From a plasmid, in assembly GCF_054482595.1 (NCBI RefSeq), contig NZ_JBTHVH010000001.1: 64,000 nucleotides of DNA. The stretch is one strand, 5' to 3'. Positions 40,104 to 49,536 of the stretch are shown here, in pieces. The notes under the pieces are model-generated. The model was given only the letters and a program-made list of their open reading frames with translations, did no database searches and had not been told where the DNA came from. The stretch's first letter is position 1; the number at the start of each line of letters is the position of its first letter. The translations under genes were made by a program, and so were the position numbers.

Positions 40104-40982
40104 GTGAGTATGCATCAAGTCGTCAGCTTTTCAGGTGGACGAACATCGGCTTATCTCGTTCATCTGATGGAAGCACAGCGAAAAGCTGGCGCTAGCGTCC
40201 ATTTCATTTTTATGGATACCGGCTGTGAACATCCTCTGACGTATCGCTTTATTCGTGAGGTTGTGAAGTTCTGGAACGTACCGCTAACGGTGTTGCAGGT
40301 CGATATAAATCCAGAACTTGGGCAGCCAAATGGTTATACGGAATGGGAACCAAAGGATATTCAGACGCGAATGCCGGTGCTTAAACCGTTTATGGACATG
40401 GTTAAAAAGTACGGTACGCCATACATCGGCGGCGCGTTCTGTACCGACAGGCTAAAACTCACCCCTTTCACGAAATATTGCGATGACCATTTTGGGCGAG
40501 GGAATTACATCACATGGCTCGGTATTCGTGCGGACGAACCCCGTAGGCTGAAACCGAAACCGGGCGTCCGGTATCTTGCCGAACTGTCAGATTTTGATAA
40601 GTCGGATGTTATCCGGTGGTGGCGAAAACAACCTTTTGATTTGCAAATCCCGGAGCACCTCGGGAACTGTGTTTTTTGCATCAAAAAGTCAACGCAAAAG
40701 CTGGGGCTTGCATGTAAAGACGAACCAGGTCTGATGCGGGTTTTTAATGAACTGGTTACAGGCAAACACGTCAGGGATGGTCATCGCAGAACAGGTAAAG
40801 ACGTTATGTACCGTGGCCACCTGACGCTTGACGGGATTGCCAGAATGTATGCCGACAGTGACTACAGAAATTTGTATCAGGCGATGGTGCTGGCCAAGCG
40901 GTTTGATACTGGTTCGTGTTCCGAATCATGTGAAATCTGGGGTGACCAATTGGAGTTGAAATTCGAAGAGGTAGTGGAATGA
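40104..40982 (+). CDS. PAPS-reductase/PP-loop ATPase family protein
   Basis: SFSGGRTS PP-loop. Cys-rich C-terminus. Confidence 0.65.
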   Translation: MSMHQVVSFSGGRTSAYLVHLMEAQRKAGASVHFIFMDTGCEHPLTYRFIREVVKFWNVPLTVLQVDINPELGQPNGYTEWEPKDIQTRMPVLKPFMDMVKKYGTPYIGGAFCTDRLKLTPFTKYCDDHFGRGNYITWLGIRADEPRRLKPKPGVRYLAELSDFDKSDVIRWWRKQPFDLQIPEHLGNCVFCIKKSTQKLGLACKDEPGLMRVFNELVTGKHVRDGHRRTGKDVMYRGHLTLDGIARMYADSDYRNLYQAMVLAKRFDTGSCSESCEIWGDQLELKFEEVVE

Positions 40983-41182
40983 CAATCGTAAAAACCCATA
41001 CCGGTACCGTGATCACCAAAGATGGCCCGAAGGTAAAAAAACTGCACCAAACAGAGCGGATGTGGGTCGTTGGCAAAAACGAGTTTTACCACAAAGAAAC
41101 TGGACGCCGCCACTTTGCAGAAAATACGCGCCGTCGACTGCTGTTAGACACCATCAAGCCTATCGAGGTGAAGCATGTTTAA
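40979..41182 (+). CDS. hypothetical small protein
   Basis: ORF with ATGA coupling. Confidence 0.5.
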   Translation: MTIVKTHTGTVITKDGPKVKKLHQTERMWVVGKNEFYHKETGRRHFAENTRRRLLLDTIKPIEVKHV

Positions 41183-41414
41183 ACAGAACGAAAAGGCTAT
41201 CGCTCAAATTGCTGATTATATCCCGCGTGCGTGCCGGGGTATGCAGTTGCAGGAAGCCAAAGCGCGCCTGGAGAAAAAAATTGCGCTCTATATTGATGAC
41301 GGCTGTGATGCTGCTGTTCTTAACGCAGCGTTCGCGCCAGCTCTTAACAGTCATACGCGGGAGTCTTTTTTTTCGCGCATCGCAGCGCAGATCCGTAAAG
41401 GAGGCAACCAGTGA
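41175..41414 (+). CDS. hypothetical small protein
   Basis: ORF, overlapping coupling. Confidence 0.5.
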   Translation: MFKQNEKAIAQIADYIPRACRGMQLQEAKARLEKKIALYIDDGCDAAVLNAAFAPALNSHTRESFFSRIAAQIRKGGNQ

Positions 41415-42058
41415 GCAAGATTGATTATCAAAAGCTTCGTGAAATCGCTGAAAAAACAAAAATTGCTGGTGAAGCACCTGTAATGCCTTTCGATCAGCGA
41501 ATTAATGCGCTTAACGATTTTATGAAGCACTTTTCGCCAGATATCGCGCTGGCATTGTTGGATGAACGGGAAAGAAACCAGCAATACATCAAACGCCGCG
41601 ACCAGGAGAACGAGGAAATTGCGCTAACGGTAGGGAAGCTGCGTGTTGAGCTGGAAGGCAAAGACAGCAAAATAGCCAATCTTACCGCCGAACGCGATGC
41701 TCTTCGTGAAGGTGAGATGGGCGACGCTAGGCATAGCAACACACGGGCCGCAGCTGATATCTACTTCCAACTGGTCGAGGAGTGCGAAATTCCTGCTGGC
41801 GGATCTCTGGTCGAGTACGTTGACGATATGCGCGAGAAGCTGGAAGCCGCAGAGAAGCGCATTGCAGAGTTAGAAAGTGGTTCTCAGGCACAAAAGTTAG
41901 TTGAAGCAATCATTGTTGCGATAGAAAACGAACAGGAAAGGCTTTTTGATGAAGATTACCTAATGGATTCGAAAGAATGCATTGACGTAATTCGTGAAGA
42001 AGTAAAGCGATGGAATGATTCCCGTGCCGCTGGCATTCGCATCAACGGAGGTGAGTAG
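41411..42058 (+). CDS. Ea22-like coiled-coil protein
   Basis: The N-terminal IDYQKLREIAEKT...ALALLDE pattern is typical of lambdoid ead/Ea22-like proteins (memory). Confidence 0.55.
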   Translation: MSKIDYQKLREIAEKTKIAGEAPVMPFDQRINALNDFMKHFSPDIALALLDERERNQQYIKRRDQENEEIALTVGKLRVELEGKDSKIANLTAERDALREGEMGDARHSNTRAAADIYFQLVEECEIPAGGSLVEYVDDMREKLEAAEKRIAELESGSQAQKLVEAIIVAIENEQERLFDEDYLMDSKECIDVIREEVKRWNDSRAAGIRINGGE

Positions 42059-42234
42059 TGCGTGTGGCATGTATCGGCTTGTTACCGTACCCGACTCGTT
42101 TTTGGGCTTCTGCGCTAATTGCAAAGCCACATGTCCTGATGGCTGACAACATCATCCCGGCACCAAAGCGCCGCCATACCGGTATTGCAGCGGCACGACG
42201 AGCAGCAAAGAGACGCAGGAGAGCAAAGCGATGA
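42058..42234 (+). CDS. 58-aa basic-tailed ORF, GTG start
   Basis: TAGTG overlap upstream and ATGA overlap downstream. Below the track cutoff. Confidence 0.35.
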   Translation: MRVACIGLLPYPTRFWASALIAKPHVLMADNIIPAPKRRHTGIAAARRAAKRRRRAKR

Positions 42235-42419
42235 AAAACCGTAAAGCAAAGATTCTGTTAGTTCGTAGAAACGCTCCTGGCGTCTGGCAGTGGGTGAGAC
42301 TCAGCAACCGACGGATGGGGTTAATGAAACATTACGGGATGATGGATTGTGGTTTTTGCAAAAAGCCCAGCGCGGCGCAAAACCGCTGGAAAAACCACTT
42401 GCGCACTAAAGGAGAGTGA
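42231..42419 (+). CDS. hypothetical small basic protein
   Basis: 62-aa ORF. Confidence 0.45.
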   Translation: MKNRKAKILLVRRNAPGVWQWVRLSNRRMGLMKHYGMMDCGFCKKPSAAQNRWKNHLRTKGE

Positions 42420-42420
42420 T

Positions 42421-42936
42421 ATGGCGTTAACACACCGCGAACTCTGTCAGATTGCGTACAAGTTCCTTAAGCGCAACGGGTTCAAGGTTTGTTTTCATGA
42501 CCGCTTTATAGCTGTAACCAGTACCGGAGAACAGCCAGATGCTATGGGATTCAGAAATTCAGCATCATGCCTGATAGAGGCGAAATGTTCTCGTGCTGAC
42601 TTGTTGGCAGATAGAAAAAAGCGTTTTCGTAAAAATCCGTCTCTTGGAATGGGCGACTGGCGATTCTTTATTAGTGAGCCGGGAATTATTTCAATTGAGG
42701 ATTTACCACCTGGCTGGGGATTACTTCACGTTGTTAACGGAAGAGTACGGAAAGTACATGGGTGGCCCAAGGGTAATTGCTGTTGGGGTAATCCTGACGA
42801 TAAGCCATTTACTGGAAATAAGCAGGTTGAATGCGATTACATGTTATCTGCATTAAGGCGCATGGAGTTAAGAGGGCACCTTAATGAAATATATGACGGT
42901 GTAATTGTTAATAAGAAAGAAGGAAACGCGGCATGA
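42421..42936 (+). CDS. MmcB-like PD-(D/E)XK nuclease-fold protein
   Basis: ATG 42421 after AAGGAGAG. ...PDAMGF...LIEAKCSRADL motif. Confidence 0.55.
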   Translation: MALTHRELCQIAYKFLKRNGFKVCFHDRFIAVTSTGEQPDAMGFRNSASCLIEAKCSRADLLADRKKRFRKNPSLGMGDWRFFISEPGIISIEDLPPGWGLLHVVNGRVRKVHGWPKGNCCWGNPDDKPFTGNKQVECDYMLSALRRMELRGHLNEIYDGVIVNKKEGNAA

Positions 42937-43841
42937 TCACTATTACCAAAGAGCGACTACTGACAATCAAGCAGTGGCGCGAAACATACGGACCTGGTAG
43001 CAACGTTGTACTGCCAGCAGAAGAAGCGGAAGAACTGGCACGAATTGCTCTGGCATCGCTGGAGCAGAATGTACTATCGGGCAACTCTCCGCTTATTCCT
43101 GGTGAAGTGTTGTCCGCAATCCGGGAGGTTGCCAGGATTCGTGCCGATTTCGATGATTTTGACGGTGACAGGCGAGGTATCGGTGATTGTCTGGATGAGG
43201 CCGAGCAAGAGCTTATCGTTACCATTAACAAATATGCCAGTCAGTTGGCAGCAGAACCGATAGCGACTAATGACGTTCGAGAGCAAACAGCCGTTCCGCC
43301 AATACAGGCTGATGTCGCGCAAGCAATTGAAAATCTCAAGCAGAAGTTAGTGGAATGCAATCGCTATAACTACTGCGCAGATGCAGTGAAGAACGTAGAG
43401 GATGCCTGCCGTGCTGTTAGCTATAGCCAAGCCGACAATCAGCCAGCATCTGGCAACCAGGCTGCCGAATCCAATCGCGGTAATGAGTGGACTGGCAATC
43501 CTGATATTGATAACGCCATCATCATGCTCGACCGCATAGATACGCTGGAAAATTGCGATGATGACCGTATTGAGGCTGTTAAGGCTGTTTTGCGTAGACT
43601 GGCTGGCAACTCTCCGGTAACTCCGGATGGTTGGATAAGCTGTAGTGAGCGAATGCCGGATACCAAAACAGCCGTTCTTGTTGCCAGGGAGTTTGACAGG
43701 AAAGGTGACTGGCGAATGAAATGGGCGACTTACATCCCGGGGCATCCTGACGCTAATGATGGGTGGGTAATACCTGGTGCGTCGTGGATTCCATCACACT
43801 GGATGCCGCTACCAGAACCGCCGCAGGAGGTGAATCAATGA
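42933..43841 (+). CDS. Ea22-like N-terminus fused to DUF551-like C-terminus
   Basis: The C-terminal GWISCSERMPD...WMPLPEPP pattern is typical of DUF551. Confidence 0.6.
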   Translation: MITITKERLLTIKQWRETYGPGSNVVLPAEEAEELARIALASLEQNVLSGNSPLIPGEVLSAIREVARIRADFDDFDGDRRGIGDCLDEAEQELIVTINKYASQLAAEPIATNDVREQTAVPPIQADVAQAIENLKQKLVECNRYNYCADAVKNVEDACRAVSYSQADNQPASGNQAAESNRGNEWTGNPDIDNAIIMLDRIDTLENCDDDRIEAVKAVLRRLAGNSPVTPDGWISCSERMPDTKTAVLVAREFDRKGDWRMKWATYIPGHPDANDGWVIPGASWIPSHWMPLPEPPQEVNQ

Positions 43842-43921
43842 GCTGGCCTGAAGCATTCACCACGGTAGGAATTGTGATGGCGGCAGCACTGGGTTTGTAT
43901 TCAATTTGTCGCTGGTGGTAA
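43838..43921 (+). CDS. 27-aa hydrophobic peptide
   Basis: ATGA overlap with the upstream stop. MSWPEAFTTVGIVMAAALGLYSICRWW. Confidence 0.35.
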   Translation: MSWPEAFTTVGIVMAAALGLYSICRWW

Positions 43922-43923
43922 CG

Positions 43924-44157
43924 ATGGGAAAAATAACTTTTGTAGTCGAATTTGAGGATGGCAAAGAGCCACCTGTTAGCGCCAATCTTGATGTTGCTGG
44001 TGGCAGGCTTGTTTCGGTTCTATTTGGTGACTACCGAGATGACTTCTTCCAACCAGAAGAAGTTGATGTAGTGCGAGAGGCATTAAACGAGTTAAGTGTT
44101 GATAACGATGATGCTCATGCGGAAATCATCCAAAAAATGGAACTGCTAACTCACTAA
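43924..44157 (+). CDS. hypothetical small acidic protein
   Basis: ATG 43924 in frame with track ORF 43906..44157. Confidence 0.5.
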   Translation: MGKITFVVEFEDGKEPPVSANLDVAGGRLVSVLFGDYRDDFFQPEEVDVVREALNELSVDNDDAHAEIIQKMELLTH

Positions 44158-44205
44158 ATTATCAATTATGGTGCTATCACCTACGACACCGAGAGAAAAT
44201 TTATA

Positions 44206-44328
44206 ATGTCAAAAGTAAATGTTTTGATTTTTTCAGCAATTGTTGGCTTTGGTTTTACTGCCGGAGTGCAGATTTATATTACGTGGGAAAAAATCATCAA
44301 CTACGCATGGAGTTGTTTTATTAAGTGA
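44206..44328 (+). CDS. 40-aa hydrophobic peptide
   Basis: MSKVNVLIFSAIVGFGFTAGVQIYITW... Below the track cutoff. Confidence 0.35.
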   Translation: MSKVNVLIFSAIVGFGFTAGVQIYITWEKIINYAWSCFIK

Positions 44329-44335
44329 GGTAAGT

Positions 44336-44629
44336 ATGTGGAGAGGTAATAGTCATGGCAAAAGCCAGATGATACTTACCGAATATCAGTTTGACCATAA
44401 AACCAATAAATCACGTTCAGTATATTTGCTTCGGCACAATAGCCGCGTAAGGAATACCGTGCTGGAGCAAAATCTGACTGTTGAAATAGATAGTTACGGG
44501 GGCTTCAAGCCAACAATTTCGCTTGATGATTTTCCTCGTGGTTTAAGCGAAAGAGAAGCAATGCTGAAATTAGCAGAATGGCTACAAAGATTAAGCATTG
44601 CTATTGAAGATAACTGGTCTGAACCTTAA
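44336..44629 (+). CDS. hypothetical protein
   Basis: ATG 44336, in frame with the track ORF. Confidence 0.5.
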   Translation: MWRGNSHGKSQMILTEYQFDHKTNKSRSVYLLRHNSRVRNTVLEQNLTVEIDSYGGFKPTISLDDFPRGLSEREAMLKLAEWLQRLSIAIEDNWSEP

Positions 44630-44635
44630 ATTTAT

Positions 44636-45010
44636 ATGATGACACTAAAACATTTTCTTGACCGCCCATTATGGGCGGCAGCCGCAGGCTATGACTTTAA
44701 TTATATGGATTGCATGTCTTATACCGCCAATGCATACGACTATTCCTTCAGTCTGCTGCTTAATTCTTTAAGAATATTGCCGCAAACAGAAGTTGGAGAG
44801 CTTCATTTATGGCTATTGGGCTTTATCGCGGCTGTCGTTGGTATTGCTGTATGGCCTTTTATTTTCTGGCTGGTGGCTGTTGTAGTGTGGTTTAAGTGCA
44901 AGACATACCGGAAAAAGTATTTCTTAGGTGATGGAATGACTGATATTGCCAAAATGAACATTGAAGAATGGACTAAGGAATGTGAAAAGAAATGGCGCAA
45001 AAAGAAATGA
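44636..45010 (+). CDS. membrane protein
   Basis: 124 aa with central TM helices. Confidence 0.55.
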   Translation: MMTLKHFLDRPLWAAAAGYDFNYMDCMSYTANAYDYSFSLLLNSLRILPQTEVGELHLWLLGFIAAVVGIAVWPFIFWLVAVVVWFKCKTYRKKYFLGDGMTDIAKMNIEEWTKECEKKWRKKK

Positions 45011-45849
45011 CCAGAATAACTGAAGAGCGCATATCAGAGATTATTTCCCGTATCGAAATGTATGGTCACGGTGCTGGATATACGGCAGATGAAGGATTGG
45101 AAATAGCCCAGCAGATGCTGGCCTTGAGACAAAAAGAGCAACATGAAAGTAATACGTGTAGATTGAATTTTGAGCATTGGCTGGAACAGCAACGCGGAAA
45201 AATCGATGTGGACTGTGGTTGTGTGTCCACTGAAACATTCATGCACTGGCTGTGGGTAGCTTACGAGGCTGGCAACTATCCGGATATTCCGGATAGTTCG
45301 GTGCCAGCGCCAGGAAAGGGCGTCACCGGTGAACGTATCCGCATTAAGCCGCATGTTTATCGCGAACTGGTTAACCGTCTCCACGATACAGCGATCAAGT
45401 GTGCTGGCACCCAGCAATTACGAGAAAGAATTAGCCGTGTTTTGGGCGACGTTATTACACCAGATCATCATAAACAAGCCGAGAAAAGTGACCTGGAAAG
45501 GTGTCACCTTGAGGCGGCATTAAACATTAAGCCGGGGCATACGCTTGGCATTATTGATGCACTATTGGTTCATAAGATGGCCAGGGCTTTATTGCCGCTG
45601 GTGGCTGAAAAAGAGAACGCGAGCCTCAAAAAAATGCTGTCGCGGGCGGAAAGGGAATTATCAGGCAAATTATTGCCAGAAGAACTGCCACCAGCAGATA
45701 TACCAGATCGAGTGTCCCAGTGGATGAAGTCTTTTGGTTTGCCGTGGGAGGCTTTTTGGTGCTACGACCATCGCAGATGGTGTGATGAACTTGATAGCAA
45801 TTTTCCCTACTTTGCGGAAGGGAACACCTGCCCTCAATGCAGGGGATAG
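44992..45849 (+). CDS. Ea22-like-N-terminus protein, Cys pair at C-terminus
   Basis: 285 aa. ITEERISEIISRIE... Ends in CPQCRG. Confidence 0.55.
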   Translation: MAQKEMTRITEERISEIISRIEMYGHGAGYTADEGLEIAQQMLALRQKEQHESNTCRLNFEHWLEQQRGKIDVDCGCVSTETFMHWLWVAYEAGNYPDIPDSSVPAPGKGVTGERIRIKPHVYRELVNRLHDTAIKCAGTQQLRERISRVLGDVITPDHHKQAEKSDLERCHLEAALNIKPGHTLGIIDALLVHKMARALLPLVAEKENASLKKMLSRAERELSGKLLPEELPPADIPDRVSQWMKSFGLPWEAFWCYDHRRWCDELDSNFPYFAEGNTCPQCRG

Positions 45850-46184
45850 CATTTGACGAAATCGATCACCCTATCCTGAACTTCAGAAAGAAGGTCTTTT
45901 TCACGCGCCAGGACGTCAGGATATTGACGTTCTGGCCTTACCAGATGCCGGAGCTTCCCATTAAGCAGAATGGCCTCAGAAAACACTTTTACGCTGTGCT
46001 TTATCCCCTCTGTTTCACTTTTCAGCGTCAAAATAAAGCGCAATTGCTTATTAGCCTGATTCGGATTCAATACACGAATTTGCAGTTCGTCTATGCTGTT
46101 TCGCAATGGGATTGATGCCACCACACTGGTGCAGTCTCTGATTGTCTGAATTGAACGGCTAACATTGAGAACGTTATTGTGCAT
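45834..46184 (-). CDS. lxr: hypothetical protein (P1 lxr position)
   Basis: 116-aa ORF, divergent from hot. Symbol assigned by synteny only. Confidence 0.5.
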   Translation of the reverse strand: MHNNVLNVSRSIQTIRDCTSVVASIPLRNSIDELQIRVLNPNQANKQLRFILTLKSETEGIKHSVKVFSEAILLNGKLRHLVRPERQYPDVLAREKDLLSEVQDRVIDFVKCYPLH

Positions 46185-46216
46185 GTGCCTGATCCACTAA
46201 CTCCTGGAGGTTTCTT

Positions 46217-46468
46217 GTGTCAGATCGAAATATAGCAGCTAAAAGCCAGGAAGAGCGAGACAAGGTGAACGTAGACCTTGCCGCCAGCGGCGTTGCTTAC
46301 AAAGAACGGCTGAATATACCTGTGATTGCAGAGCAGGTGGCCCGTGAGCAACCGGAAAACCTGCGCGCCTATTTCATGGAACGGCTACGGCACTACCGGC
46401 AGTTAAGCCTCCAGTTGCCAAAAGGGAGCGATCCGGTGTATCAGAACGAGGATGCACCAAAAAAATAA
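46217..46468 (+). CDS. hot: homologue of DNA pol III theta subunit
   Basis: [33 protein letters not shown] matches the HolE pattern. Confidence 0.85.
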   Translation: MSDRNIAAKSQEERDKVNVDLAASGVAYKERLNIPVIAEQVAREQPENLRAYFMERLRHYRQLSLQLPKGSDPVYQNEDAPKK

Positions 46469-46553
46469 CGGCAAGATGGGGGAGAAATGTGATTAGCCCC
46501 CAGCGTGGCGCGCCTACAAACCCCGCTTTCACAAACTATGCCTTTTCAATGTA

Positions 46554-46573
46554 TACTGTATGAATAAACAGTA
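46554..46573. promoter_or_regulatory. LexA box upstream of humD
   Basis: TACTGTATGAATAAACAGTA (CTGT-N8-ACAG). Confidence 0.85.
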
Positions 46574-46591
46574 TCATTGAGGTAAAACGCT

Positions 46592-46981
46592 ATGGGCTTC
46601 CCTTCTCCTGCGGCGGATTATGTTGAAAGCCGAATTTCTCTTGATCAGCAGATAATTAGACATCCTTCAGCGACCTACTTCATGCGGGCAGCTGATAGCC
46701 ATCACCGTGAGGGAATATTGCAGGGTGCTTTGCTGGTGGTTGATTCCTCGCTTACTCCGGTTGATGGTTCTCTGCTTGTGTGCGCTATGGAGGGTGAATA
46801 TCGCATAAAGAGATACAGGAAGTATCCGCGCCAGCACCTGGAGGACTTAAGCACCGGGAAGAAAGAGGCGTTACCAGTAGATGACGATGGATACACGGGC
46901 AGTAATGCTGTTTTTGGTGTGATCACTCATGTCATCAATGATGCCCGAAGTGGGGAATTTGATGATTGTCCGGTTATTTAA
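46592..46981 (+). CDS. humD: UmuD'-like protein
   Basis: 129 aa. S24 peptidase-like C-terminal core. Confidence 0.8.
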   Translation: MGFPSPAADYVESRISLDQQIIRHPSATYFMRAADSHHREGILQGALLVVDSSLTPVDGSLLVCAMEGEYRIKRYRKYPRQHLEDLSTGKKEALPVDDDGYTGSNAVFGVITHVINDARSGEFDDCPVI

Positions 46982-47053
46982 GCTGCAAAGTGCTGGTGCT
47001 TTATGCCTGTGAAGTTTATAATTGTGTACACATAACGAGTACACGAGGTGTTT

Positions 47054-47275
47054 ATGCAATCCATTAACTTCCGTACCGCGCGTGGCAACCTTTCTGAAGT
47101 GCTCAACAATGTTGAAGCCGGGGAAGAGGTTGAAATCACCCGCAGAGGCCGTGAGCCAGCAGTAATTGTCAGCAAGGCTACTTTCGAAGCCTACAAAAAA
47201 GCGGCGCTGGATGCTGAATTTGCATCCCTGTTTGACACCCTGGACTCCACCAACAAGGAACTGGTTAACCGATAA
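47054..47275 (+). CDS. phd: Phd antitoxin
   Basis: [32 protein letters not shown]..., 73 aa. Palindrome TGTGTACACA upstream. Confidence 0.9.
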   Translation: MQSINFRTARGNLSEVLNNVEAGEEVEITRRGREPAVIVSKATFEAYKKAALDAEFASLFDTLDSTNKELVNR

Positions 47276-47655
47276 TGAGGCATATATCACCGGAAGAACT
47301 TATTGCGCTTCATGATGCGAATATAAACCGCTACGGCGGCCTGCCGGGAATGTCAGATCCGGGTAGGGCAGAGGCCATTATCGGGAGAGTTCAGGCCAGA
47401 GTTGCCTACGAAGAGATCACCGACCTTTTCGAAGTCTCCGCCACCTACCTGGTGGCTACAGCGAGAGGGCATATATTCAATGATGCCAATAAGCGTACCG
47501 CGCTAAACAGCGCGCTGCTATTTCTACGCCGTAACGGGGTGCAGGTATTTGATTCACCTGAACTGGCAGACCTTACTGTAGGCGCTGCGACTGGCGAGAT
47601 ATCTGTATCTTCTGTCGCCGACACGTTACGTAGATTGTATGGTTCTGCGGAGTAG
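47275..47655 (+). CDS. doc: Doc toxin (Fic-fold kinase)
   Basis: 126 aa. [10 protein letters not shown] Fic-like motif. Confidence 0.9.
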   Translation: MRHISPEELIALHDANINRYGGLPGMSDPGRAEAIIGRVQARVAYEEITDLFEVSATYLVATARGHIFNDANKRTALNSALLFLRRNGVQVFDSPELADLTVGAATGEISVSSVADTLRRLYGSAE

Positions 47656-47659
47656 ATTA

Positions 47660-47839
47660 ATGGCACGCAAATACAACAAATTGTCCCGTGAAGCGTTAAA
47701 GATGCTTCTTGATGGCGTGAGTCGCCGCAAGGTAAAGCAATACCTGGTTGGTAAGCAAATTGGAGTCAGGACCGCTATTGCTGTGTTATGCCGTCAGGAA
47801 ATGGTTGTGCTTAAACAGAGAATGCCGGGCAGCAGATAA
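47660..47839 (+). CDS. pdcA: small protein downstream of doc
   Basis: ATG 47660. Symbol assigned by synteny. Confidence 0.5.
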   Translation: MARKYNKLSREALKMLLDGVSRRKVKQYLVGKQIGVRTAIAVLCRQEMVVLKQRMPGSR

Positions 47840-47866
47840 AGCCCAATCAGTGATTAAAGGTGTGAT

Positions 47867-48910
47867 GTGAAAGCCGTAATTACTCCCTTTGTACAGAAAG
47901 AGCTTGGCCTCGCCACGTTCAAAGTGGATCAGGAGGTCAGAAAGCTGGTGGAGGCTGGCCGTAAATTTATTATGGAGCCGGTGCCGCGTGAGTTAATCGA
48001 GCACATGGAAGACGGCCTCGTTGTTACCGAGCAAACCATGGCAACAAATGAGGCGTTGCAGCCGTTTTTTAACAGCGATGAACTGTTTCGCCGTATTGGT
48101 GGAATTGACGCGCTGGTGGCGTGGTTGCGTAGGAAAGAGAGTCAATGCCAGGCCGCAGATCGTAGTTGGTGTGACAACCATATTGTCCACGCTGAACGAG
48201 ACAATAGCGCGGTGTTGTTGTGCTGGCATCACGATAACCATTACCGGATGCGTGGTTTTAATGAGCTGAAAGAAACGCTGCACAATAATCGCGTTAACTG
48301 GATACTGGATGTCGCCCGTCAGGAAATGGGCCTTTCAAATAGCCATGATTTAAGTATTCAGGAGTTGTGCTGGTGGGCTTTCATGCGCAACATGATGCAC
48401 CTGATGCCGGAAGAAGTCTGCCGCATATCAATAAATAAGATGAAGGCTACTCCGCAGGATAGCGGACCTCTGAAAGAGGCGGATATTCGCCCGTATGACG
48501 ATCGCGCTACAGCATATGTTCAGATGATGGAAGAACGCGCCGCGCCGATGCGTGCAAAAGTATGCCCTGTGGATGTTGACTCCGACCCTGGCATGGCGCA
48601 TTTCAAAATACCAAAACTGCAATCGCTAAAATTACCTGAGTACATGGACTTTGTTGCTTCCCGTCCATGCTGTGGGTGTGGAGCGGCGGGAGCTGGCGCT
48701 CACATTACGCCTTATATCGTTCGTCATAGTCGATTATGCGCGCATGACATTTACGCAATTCCTCTGTGCCAGTCATGCCAGCGTGATATTGAGCGTGACC
48801 GCGATAATTGGGAGAAGACGCACGGTAGGCTGGCGATGCATCAACGATTGTTCTTTGATTACGCGCTTGGAGTCGGCGCTATCACAAGTTACTCGTCGAG
48901 TGTTAGATAA
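47867..48910 (+). CDS. pdcB: protein downstream of doc, Cys-rich C-terminus
   Basis: 347 aa, GTG start. CCGCG...CQSCQ. Confidence 0.6.
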   Translation: MKAVITPFVQKELGLATFKVDQEVRKLVEAGRKFIMEPVPRELIEHMEDGLVVTEQTMATNEALQPFFNSDELFRRIGGIDALVAWLRRKESQCQAADRSWCDNHIVHAERDNSAVLLCWHHDNHYRMRGFNELKETLHNNRVNWILDVARQEMGLSNSHDLSIQELCWWAFMRNMMHLMPEEVCRISINKMKATPQDSGPLKEADIRPYDDRATAYVQMMEERAAPMRAKVCPVDVDSDPGMAHFKIPKLQSLKLPEYMDFVASRPCCGCGAAGAGAHITPYIVRHSRLCAHDIYAIPLCQSCQRDIERDRDNWEKTHGRLAMHQRLFFDYALGVGAITSYSSSVR

Positions 48911-48911
48911 A

Positions 48912-48928
48912 ATTACTCTAATATATTG
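48912..48928 (+). promoter_or_regulatory. C1 operator-like site upstream of lpa
   Basis: ATTACTCTAATATATTG, 14/17. Confidence 0.55.
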
Positions 48929-48998
48929 CTATTTCTTTAATCGATGGTATTATATTCCACGTTGATTAGTTGACATGAGCTAATCAGTAGGTGACAGG

Positions 48999-49451
48999 AT
49001 GTTACTTAACTGGCAGGGACGCCACTTCATGGAAATAAATCACTCACGAATAACATCGTACGAGATTGCGGATTACATGATCCGCACTAAATCTCTTCTA
49101 TCAGCGAAAGAACTCGCAGCAATTCTTGAAAAGGAATACCCGCATCTGGATGTCGATAAGCGCGATGTTTATCTGCGCTTAAAGGCTATCGCTGTGTCTA
49201 AGTATTCGTCTGTTTTGATTGATGACAGTACACGCCCACGTAGATTTCAGATCCACTCTCTGAATCCTGAATTCTTTCGCCGTAGCCGCGCTCCGCGCCG
49301 GTTTGATGAAAAACTCCAGAACGAACTCTATATGACGCAGGACGAAAAGGAACGCCGGGAGCACCAGCCTTGGGTAATGGCGCGTCAACTTTTCAATAAG
49401 GTGGCCCGTCAGCACCGTCATTACGGTAATGCCACATCCGCACGTATCTGA
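48999..49451 (+). CDS. lpa: late promoter activator
   Basis: 150 aa. P1 synteny directly upstream of pacA. Confidence 0.75.
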   Translation: MLLNWQGRHFMEINHSRITSYEIADYMIRTKSLLSAKELAAILEKEYPHLDVDKRDVYLRLKAIAVSKYSSVLIDDSTRPRRFQIHSLNPEFFRRSRAPRRFDEKLQNELYMTQDEKERREHQPWVMARQLFNKVARQHRHYGNATSARI

Positions 49452-49477
49452 TTGATTGCTTGCCCGTTCCGGGCCTT

Positions 49478-49501
49478 TTGACATGTGACTTTCGTTACCC
49501 T
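49478..49501 (+). promoter_or_regulatory. late-promoter-like TTGACA + GTGACTT-N4-TACCCT upstream of pacA
   Basis: Read directly. Same heptamer spacing as at gene 23 and the mat-like gene. Confidence 0.5.
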
Positions 49502-49536
49502 CGCGTCAAAAAGAGTTTTTACGAAAGGAAGCATAA

